Positions 55,606 through 64,000 of a stretch of 64,000 nucleotides of DNA are shown here, one piece after another (position 1 is the stretch's first letter; every line of letters starts with the position of its first letter). The notes beneath the pieces are model-generated. The model ran no database searches and was not told the DNA's origin. It worked only from the letters and a program-made list of their open reading frames with translations. The stretch lies in assembly GCA_951406725.2 (NCBI GenBank), contig OX597824.1, forward strand, positions 29,760,001-29,824,000. The letters run 5' to 3'. The DNA is from Octopus vulgaris (Eukaryota). A program made the position numbers and the translations under genes.

Positions 55606-55685
55606 GTTGTCGTCGCCAGCAGCAGCAGCAGCAACTACAATAACAAATACTGTTATGTTAGAGTAGCATGGACAGCGTTCATTTT

Positions 55686-55888
55686 TACTCTTTCACTTGT
55701 TTCAGTCATTTGACTGTGGCCATGCTGGAGCACCGCCTTTAGTCGAGCAAATCGACCCCCAGGACTTATTCTTTGTAAGCCTAATACTTATTCTATTGGT
55801 CTCTTTTGCCGAACCGCTAGGTTACGGGGACGTAAACACACCAGCATCGGTTGTCAAGCGATGTTGGTGGGGACAAACAGACACACGA

Positions 55889-55965
<77 letters not shown>

Positions 55966-56130
55966 TACGACAGGCTTCTTTCAGTTTCCGTCTACCAAAT
56001 CCACTCACAAGGCTTTGGTCGACCCGAGGCTATAGTAGAAGACACCTGCCCAAAGTGCCACGCAATGGGACTGAACCTTGAATGATGTGGTTCGTAAGTA
56101 AGCTACTTACCACACACCCACTCCTACGCC
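55686..56130 (-). mobile_element. SINE group A
   Basis: Full-length reverse copy. Confidence 0.9.
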
Positions 56131-56729
56131 AATATGTATTTATAAGCGTATTTATAATACGCTTATATATTTATTCATTTACTTATTATGGTAGGGCCAT
56201 CGCTGGAGGAAATTAAAAAGTCAACATGAAACTGGGGCTGAGACCAAAAGAATAGATTAATCGAAAGACACCCAAGAACAATATCGTGAAGTTAAATCAA
56301 GCAACAGGTGAAAATCTGTCATCCAAGCCCTTAAACTATGGAAGAAAGTAAAGACAAACGACTTCTCTAAAATACCTAGAAAGTAATATACGGGTTAACG
56401 GAAGTCAGATATGACTTGATGCTTCTTATTAATCATGATTTCTATCACCATCATCATCATCATCATCATTATCGTCATTATCATCGTCATCATCATCATC
56501 GTTATCTTGATCATCATCTACCACCACAAACTTTTTGTGTGTGGGTGACTCATTCGATTCTTCTTCTCCATCACTCTCTGTTGATGCTTTTAGTTATTGT
56601 AGCCTTTTAAATTTCCCAATCTCCATGGTGATCTTCTGGGTTTTTTTTAATCTTTTTCAGCTGCATCAATTTTTGGAGACCGTCTGCCCAGACCTGTTTC
56701 CGATCTAAATCGTTTCAACAACTAATCCT

Positions 56730-57313
56730 CTCTGTTATAGGCTCAAGGCAAGAATTTTGCAGAGAGAGAACTTCTCGATTACATCGACTCCACTTTTCAA
56801 CTGGTACTTAATTCATGGAAAAGTCGACCATGGAGGAATTTGAACTCAGAGCTAAAAGACGGACGAAATGACGCTAAGCATTTTGTCCGGCGTGCTAACG
56901 ATTCTTATTTCTTTATTGCCCACAAAGGGCTAAACATAGAGGGGACAAACAAGGACAGACAAACGGATTAAGTCGATTACATCGACCCCAGTGCGTAACT
57001 GGTACTTAATTTATCGACCCCGAAAGGATGAAAGGCAAAGTCGACCTCGACGGAATTTGAACTCAGAACGTAGGCAGACGAAATACCTGTTTCTTTACTA
57101 TCCACAAGGGGCTAAACACAGAGGGAACAAACAAGGACAGACAAATGGATTAAGTCGATTATATCGACCCCAGTGCGTAATTGGTACTTATTTAATCGAC
57201 CCCGAAAGGATAAAAGCAAAGTCGACCTCGGCGGAATTTGAACTCAGAACGTAAAGGCAGACGAAATACGGCTAAGCATTTTGCCCGGCGTGCTAACGTT
57301 TCTGCCAAGCTCG
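56730..57313 (-). mobile_element. SINE group B multimer plus an adjacent monomer
   Basis: Repeated GAACTCAGA/GTCGACC domain. Confidence 0.85.
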
Positions 57314-57439
57314 CAGACTTCGTTTTAATAAATAATGAGTTTGCTTCTTGTTTTGGTTTTTTTTGTTTTTCTTTTTTCTGTTCAGTTAATTCTTAGCGTT
57401 CTTCTCTAACGTCGAAACTCTCGTTATTTTATTAGCATT

Positions 57440-58330
57440 TTAAGAGTGCAGTTTCCACATCCGTGCGATACAGTTAGAAACATCAAAGATGGTGGCAATT
57501 CCAGCTTTGGTCTTTTCATTTAAATATGGATTTTTCCAAATGCGATTTAAAGAGATAACAGCAGACAGATTTTTGCTTTTGCAATTCTCTTCGTATTCTA
57601 GCTGTCATCGCATTGCACTCTAATATTTCCAAACCGGCAAAACTCCAAATATCAATTATTATGGAATTATCTCAAACATATGTTCCAAAGATAATCATTG
57701 AACCAATTTTGTCAAAATTAATGAATGAAGCATCGTTTTTTTTTTCTTTCACTTTCTTCATAAAAGTCCAAAATTCTTCCAAATAACTGGCATTAAGAAC
57801 AGAATGATTATCATATCTGAGATTACTGACCATTCTTCTACCGATTCTAACTGTTCTTTCAATCTTCTAGATGGTCTTCCTTCATTACGCTTTTCTACAT
57901 TGATATAAAATAAAAGAGAAAAGACAAATTCTCGTCGTACACCCCACCACACAATCTCAAACAAGTCAGAGCAGTTCACATGAACTCTGACAGCTAACGT
58001 TTGCTGGGAATAATAGGATTTTAATAAATATATAAAATATTGAAGAAATCCCATTTCTGCCATCTCTGACCGTAATTTGTGCGAAATAACTTTGTGATAA
58101 TCAATAAAAGTGATAAATAATATTGCCTCGTATTCTCTAACATTCTCGGCGATCATATTAAGGTTAACAATTGAATCCCTCGTTTCTGTACCAATTCGAA
58201 TTCTACTTGTTCCTCTGCTATTTCCATTGCATATTTTTACTTTAATTCTATCAGAAATGATCTTAATAGGGATTCTGCGATCATGATTTATCAGATCTGT
58301 TGTTGTTATGTTATTGAATTATTGTTTTGT
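57440..58330 (-). pseudogene. RTE-clade LINE reverse transcriptase relic
   Basis: FIDYHK..MAEMGF..IYLLKSYYSQQ..AVRV..GVRR resembles RTE RT motifs FIDY.KAFD and GVRQG. Confidence 0.75.
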
Positions 58331-58369
58331 TATCACTGCCTTTTATGTTGGCTTCATATTTATCTATTC

Positions 58370-58405
<36 letters not shown>

Positions 58406-58492
58406 GTATGTATGTAAATAAATAAATAAAAAATATATATATTTCGTTTTCGGCAATAGAATGACAATATATTTAGTCCAATTATTTTTACT

Positions 58493-58562
<70 letters not shown>

Positions 58563-58640
58563 TGTATGTGTGTGTGTGTCTGTGTGTATCTGTATGTATG
58601 TATGTATTTATATATGTAGATTGTGTGTATGTATATAAGT

Positions 58641-58671
<31 letters not shown>

Positions 58672-58733
58672 CATATATATATGTATGTATATATGTAGAT
58701 TGTATGTATGTATATAAGTAGCATTGTATATAT

Positions 58734-58811
<78 letters not shown>

Positions 58812-59070
58812 AGGGAGAGATGGAGAGAGAGACACAGAGATAGAAAAGTAGATAGATAGGCACACACAAACAAGCACTTACACATACACACACGCGTGCA
58901 CACACACAAAGATACACGTTTATGTGTGTCTGTGTCTGTATGTATATATTTGAAGTGTAAAGGGGATTTTTTTTAATTATTTTTTTTTTATATTATGAAA
59001 TCTTTTGGGGGGAAGAATCTTTTTTTCTAGTGTGTGAATGCTTTCGTTAAACCATTTCAAACACACGTGA

Positions 59071-59118
<48 letters not shown>

Positions 59119-59159
59119 CAGGAACAATCATGAGGCTTACCCGATAGAGTTTATATTCT

Positions 59160-59234
59160 TTGTTCCCTATGTATGTTTCACCAAGTGCAATATGCTATCC
59201 GATGCTGAACAATTGCAGATCATCAGGGGAACAA
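59160..59234 (-). ncRNA. type I hammerhead ribozyme in a short element ending at (TA)n
   Basis: TTGTTCCC-CTGATGA-[stem II TGCAAT/ATTGCA]-GAAA-CATACA-TA-GGGAACAA; perfect 8-bp stem I. Confidence 0.65.
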
Positions 59235-59324
59235 TTTATTACACAGTTTGCACAGATCAAAGATACTTTTACAGGGAGGCCTTAGCTCATATGTAGCATT
59301 GTATATTAAATGTACATAGATATA

Positions 59325-59428
<104 letters not shown>

Positions 59429-59437
59429 CGCACACAG

Positions 59438-60782
59438 ATTGGGGGAAAAGTGCTTGGTATTATTTTTCACCATTACATTACACATGTTTCCTTTGCTAAT
59501 AGGCGTTACAAAATCGTGCATGCGAAAGAAATTCTTCAGAGAGAGAATCAAATAATGATAAATTTATATTTGGATGAAGCGTTTACATTTAGTTAGTGAT
59601 TAGAAGTAATATGGATAGTTGGAGGGGAGAATAAACTAATAATAAGTACAATCTTGTAATTCCTATAAGCAAATGTAACATATGTAATGGCGAATAAATA
59701 ATATTGGCAAGAAAGTAATTTTGTTTTTTGCAAATTGATAGAGTTACGATTTTTTGGAATGACTTTTGTCAATGTTACTTTAGAAGCAAATTGCGCGCAA
59801 TTTTTATTTACAGCTGTTAGTTCAGTGTCAATTTTAACATAGATTGCAAAAACGAATATTTTCGCCATATTTTGCATTTTTTTAGATTTCCGTAAAGGTG
59901 AAAAGGTTGCTGAGGCTCACAAAGAGATTTGTGAAGTTTATGGTGTTGAGTTCTTGATAGAACGCACATGTCAGAAATGGTTTTAAAAATTCCGTTCTGG
60001 AATTTTTTCACTCAAAGATGACCAGCGTTCTGGTCGACCTACTGAAGTTGATGATGACCGAATCAAAACCGTAATTGAACCTGATTGTCATACAACGGTG
60101 CGAGAGATTACAGAGAAGTTAAATGTGTCACATACAGCAATTGAAAACTACTTAAAGTGTCTTGGACTCGTTAAAAAGCTTGATATTTGAGTCCCACATA
60201 AATTGAACGAGATTCATTTAACACAACGAATCAATATTTGCGATATGCATCTCAAACGCAATGAAATCGATCTTTTTCTTTTTAAACGTATCATAACTGG
60301 TGATGAAAAATGGATTGTCTACAATAACATCAATCGAAAATGATCATGGTCCAAGCGTAATGAACCAGCACAAACTACATAGAAAGCTGAAGTGCATCAA
60401 AAAAGGTCATGCTGTCACTTTAGTGGGATTACAAAGGTGTTGTGTATTTTGAGCTGCTTCCAAGGAACCAAACGATCAATTGATATATTTATTGTCAACA
60501 ACTAATGAAACTGGAGGAGGCAATATAAAAACCGCCAGAATTGGCAAATCGTAAAGGAATCGTGTTCCACCATTACAACGCTAGAACACACACGTTTTTG
60601 CTAACTCGTGAAAAATTATTGGAGCTTAGCTGGGAATAGATGTCACATCCACTACATAGCTCTGACCTTGTACCATCAGATTACCATTTATTTCGAAGTT
60701 TGCAAAATTCTTTGAATGGTAAAACTTTCAATAATGATGATGACCTGAAATCGCATTTGCTTCAATTTTTTGGCTGATAAGA
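59438..60782 (+). pseudogene. mariner (DD34D, Mos1-like) transposon with decayed transposase from about 59839
   Basis: SGRPTEVDDD, VPHKL, RIITGDEKWIVYNN, VFHHYNARTH, SSDLVPSDYHLFRSLQNSL; multiple stops and frameshifts. Confidence 0.92.
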
Positions 60783-60789
60783 GCCTTCA

Positions 60790-60860
<71 letters not shown>

Positions 60861-60922
60861 ACGTGTAAATATACGTAGAAGAATATATATAGATATATAT
60901 ATACATAAATGTTATATACATA

Positions 60923-61139
60923 CAGGGTTGGTCGAAAGTCACCTGACAGTAAATCTAAACCATTTAATTCTAAGATTTACGTTTAACAAGTGACTGAATT
61001 TAATTGAAACACCATGAAAATTGCTCAAACTGAACTCCTTCTTGAGCGACACATTTTTTTTCCATTCCAGTCAATACAGAATTACAGATAGTATGTATGG
61101 AATATTTTTTTACTGTCGGCTGACTTTTGGCCAACCCTG
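60923..61139. mobile_element. Tc1/mariner-type MITE, 217 bp
   Basis: TA TSD; ~31-bp TIR CAGGGTTGGTCGAAAGTCACCTGACAGTAAA / TTTACTGTCGGCTGACTTTTGGCCAACCCTG. Confidence 0.88.
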
Positions 61140-61294
61140 TATATATACATACATATATATATATTTCCATCTTTCCTGAGCGCCTATTAATAATAATACT
61201 GTAATTGTTCCACGTGTTGTTGTTTTTTCTGTTTTCCCGTTTGGATTAAAATTATATATATATATAAATATATATATGATAGATAGCGAGATAG

Positions 61295-61797
61295 ATACAT
61301 ACATGCATATATATATATACATACATACACACAAACACACATGCATGCATACACATATACATAACACATATACATCACACATACACACATACGCATATAC
61401 ACATACATACACACAAACACACATATACACACGCATACATGAATACATACATACATGTATACATACTTACATGCATACATATATACATACATACATACGT
61501 ACATACATACATACGTACATACATACATACATACATACATGCATTCATACATACATACATACATACATACATGCATTCATACATACATACATACATACAT
61601 ACATACGTACATACATACATACATGCATACATACTTACTTACATGCATACATACATACATACATACATACGTACATACATACATACGTACATACATACAT
61701 ACGTACATACATACATACATACATACATACATACATACATACATACATACATACATACATACATACATACATACATACGTGCATTCATACATACATA
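61295..61797. repeat. (ACAT)n array
   Basis: Directly visible. Confidence 0.95.
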
Positions 61798-62366
61798 ACG
61801 ATAGATAGACAGACAGAGAAACAGACAGGCAGACCGATACTTATGACTATGTACCAGTTTGCACGTGTACAGAAACGTGTTTTATTTTATTTGGTTAAAT
61901 TTAAGCATTGCTTTCTCTGTATTTATACAAGCATCACCGACGCGGTTTAGTTTATCTTGCTGTCAAAGTACCTTGGACTTTCGTTGATTTAATGTCAAAA
62001 TAAGAGATATTCAAAGACTGTAGTCACTAATTGTATTGCTTTTATTCCATTCCACCTGTTATCTGTTTATTTGATTATATTTTGTTGTGTTTTAGCTATC
62101 TGCATGCAACACCTGTATTTGTTACACCTGCTCAAAAGATCTTTGCCGACGTGTAAAGAAACATTACCTTTCTTTCTCAAGTACTGTCAGTTCCAGAAGT
62201 CTTGAAGCTTCTCGAGCTGCTGTTTATAGATATTGGGGTATTTTGTCTTTGTATTTTTATAAGGATTGTGAATGGATGTTGGTATTCATTTATGACCATA
62301 CGAAAATATGTATATGTGTACAACATATATATATGTGTATAACATATATATATATATATATATGTG

Positions 62367-62435
<69 letters not shown>

Positions 62436-62556
62436 ATAACATACATATATATATATATATATTATTCATTTATTCTTTTACCTGTTTCAGTCATTTGACT
62501 GCGGTTATGCTGGAACACAGCCTGGAGGGATTTTATATATATATATATATATATAT

Positions 62557-62743
62557 AAATGAGAAAAAACACCTTTTATCAATTCAATAATGAAAAATTA
62601 AATTATACCATTTAGAAAGATTAATTATAAGATAAAACATAACAATGATTAAGTAATGTGCAAATAATAAATAAAGCGTATATATTTGGTAGAATAACGA
62701 CACGTGTTTCGTGGCTATATTTAAGAAATGATAATAGTAAAAT

Positions 62744-62748
<5 letters not shown>
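62557..62748 (-). mobile_element. 5'-truncated PLE-like tail in (TA)n with the 3' half of a hammerhead
   Basis: CGAAACACGTGTC on minus at 62699-62711; (TA)n on both sides. Confidence 0.45.
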
Positions 62749-62817
<69 letters not shown>

Positions 62818-62819
62818 GT

Positions 62820-63440
62820 CGTACAGTCAGCAACTCACGTCAGCTATGCTGAAGGTACAAAAGTATCACCAGTAGTCAAGCATTTTGATTATACCTCGAG
62901 ACTACAGAAAGATCTGAATGCAATATAAACGTGAACTGAAGAAAGCCATATGCAGTTCAATGCTGACAAGTTTCTAGCACTCCGATATTGACTGTCTAAC
63001 AGATTGCAGTCAAAATACATAGGACCAGAGCATTGACATCTCGGATTCAAAAGTTGATACGTGACCAGAGAATTCACAGGTCTGGCGATGCATCATTCCG
63101 TGTGCATATTTCTAAAATGGCAAGCACATGTAGGCGATTAACTGGCCAGATTCGAAAATCATTTAGAACAAAGGAAAGGGAGAAACCATATTGCTCTGAC
63201 AGAGAACATTCGTGCTTAATCGTCTGGAATACTGCTGCCAATTATCGTCGCTGCAAAGCGACAAATTAACAGCAGAATCCAGGGCAATTCAATGCAATTA
63301 TACAAAGAGTTCCCAGGTGCAAAATATGGGCTTCCGGGGAAATATAAAAGCATTAAGACTTCACTTTCTGGAGAGAAGGCATGATAAGTATGCAGTAATA
63401 TACATCGAAGATTCTAGGTTCAGTGCCTGATTTTGGGATT
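62820..63440 (+). pseudogene. CR1/L2-group LINE RT relic
   Basis: LQKDLNAI..MQFNADKF..SFRVHISKM..LNRLEYCCQL..LRLHFLERRHDKYAVIY. Confidence 0.8.
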
Positions 63441-64000
63441 GAAAGCTTTACCAGTCTGAGGACAACACGATTCCCAGGTTCAACTGTTCCTCCTTTGACA
63501 ATAAGTACCTGCAGTAGGTCCCTGTCCAAGGATTCGAATCCCAACCGTTAACTCCAAACTTTTGGAACGGTATTCGGCATGGATGTTTCCGGACCCATGT
63601 TAAGAAAAGTGGCGGGATAGAGCACATGACTAACAACCTTGCCTTTAGCATTCCACTTACTACAGAAATAAGATGCCCGACGCCCAGATGGGTACAGGTA
63701 GGCCTAATATATCCCAAATGTATTATTATCTTGGGTGTCTGCTAGGTTGAGTCACCCCGTTATTGCAATATTTGTTATGAGTGTTCTTTTTGCTGATTAT
63801 CAAAGCTTTTGTTTCCTCCACGTATGTTCATTCAGTAAAACATTCTTTTATCATTTACAGTAGTTATAATGCTCTGCAGATCAGCACTATTGAAAGCTGG
63901 TAAGGCAGTGTCGTCTTTATATCGACTGCAACTGATGCCTATGTGCCACACTGACATTCCCGGGTCGTCTTCTTTTCTAAAGATCTTAGTGTGTACATTG

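Noticed and set aside
59838-60780. SETMAR-like domesticated gene or active transposase
   Set aside because: Multiple stops and frameshifts, no SET domain, 3' end lost in (CA)n
63440-64000. Possible RTE 5'UTR or exon at the window end
   Set aside because: Only a vague motif resemblance; cannot be supported from the sequence alone

Overview
Eukaryotic, AT-rich, repeat-saturated non-coding DNA (intergenic or large intron). The SINE families and extreme microsatellite load suggest an octopus-like coleoid cephalopod, which is an inference from remembered repeat families, not a database result. No host exon, intact gene, true tRNA/rRNA gene or CRISPR array could be supported. Nearly all ORFs in the track are microsatellite or SINE read-throughs. 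Contents: (1) four abundant tRNA-headed SINE groups, called A-D here; (2) decayed DNA transposons (two mariner, one maT-like, one Chapaev3-like, MITEs); (3) LINE relics (CR1, RTE, R4/Dong-type RLE); (4) large microsatellite fields. The most interesting signal is a set of at least five unrelated short elements that each carry a type I hammerhead ribozyme fold of the Penelope-like-element (PLE) kind. They include a G3:C8 core-swap variant inside a 141-bp perfect palindrome and a tRNA-headed SINE with a hammerhead tail. Most sit in (TA)n and several show fold-back inversions. A second signal is an RLE LINE family found three times against (ACAT)n arrays. All folds and alignments were done by eye, and boundaries of old repeats are approximate.
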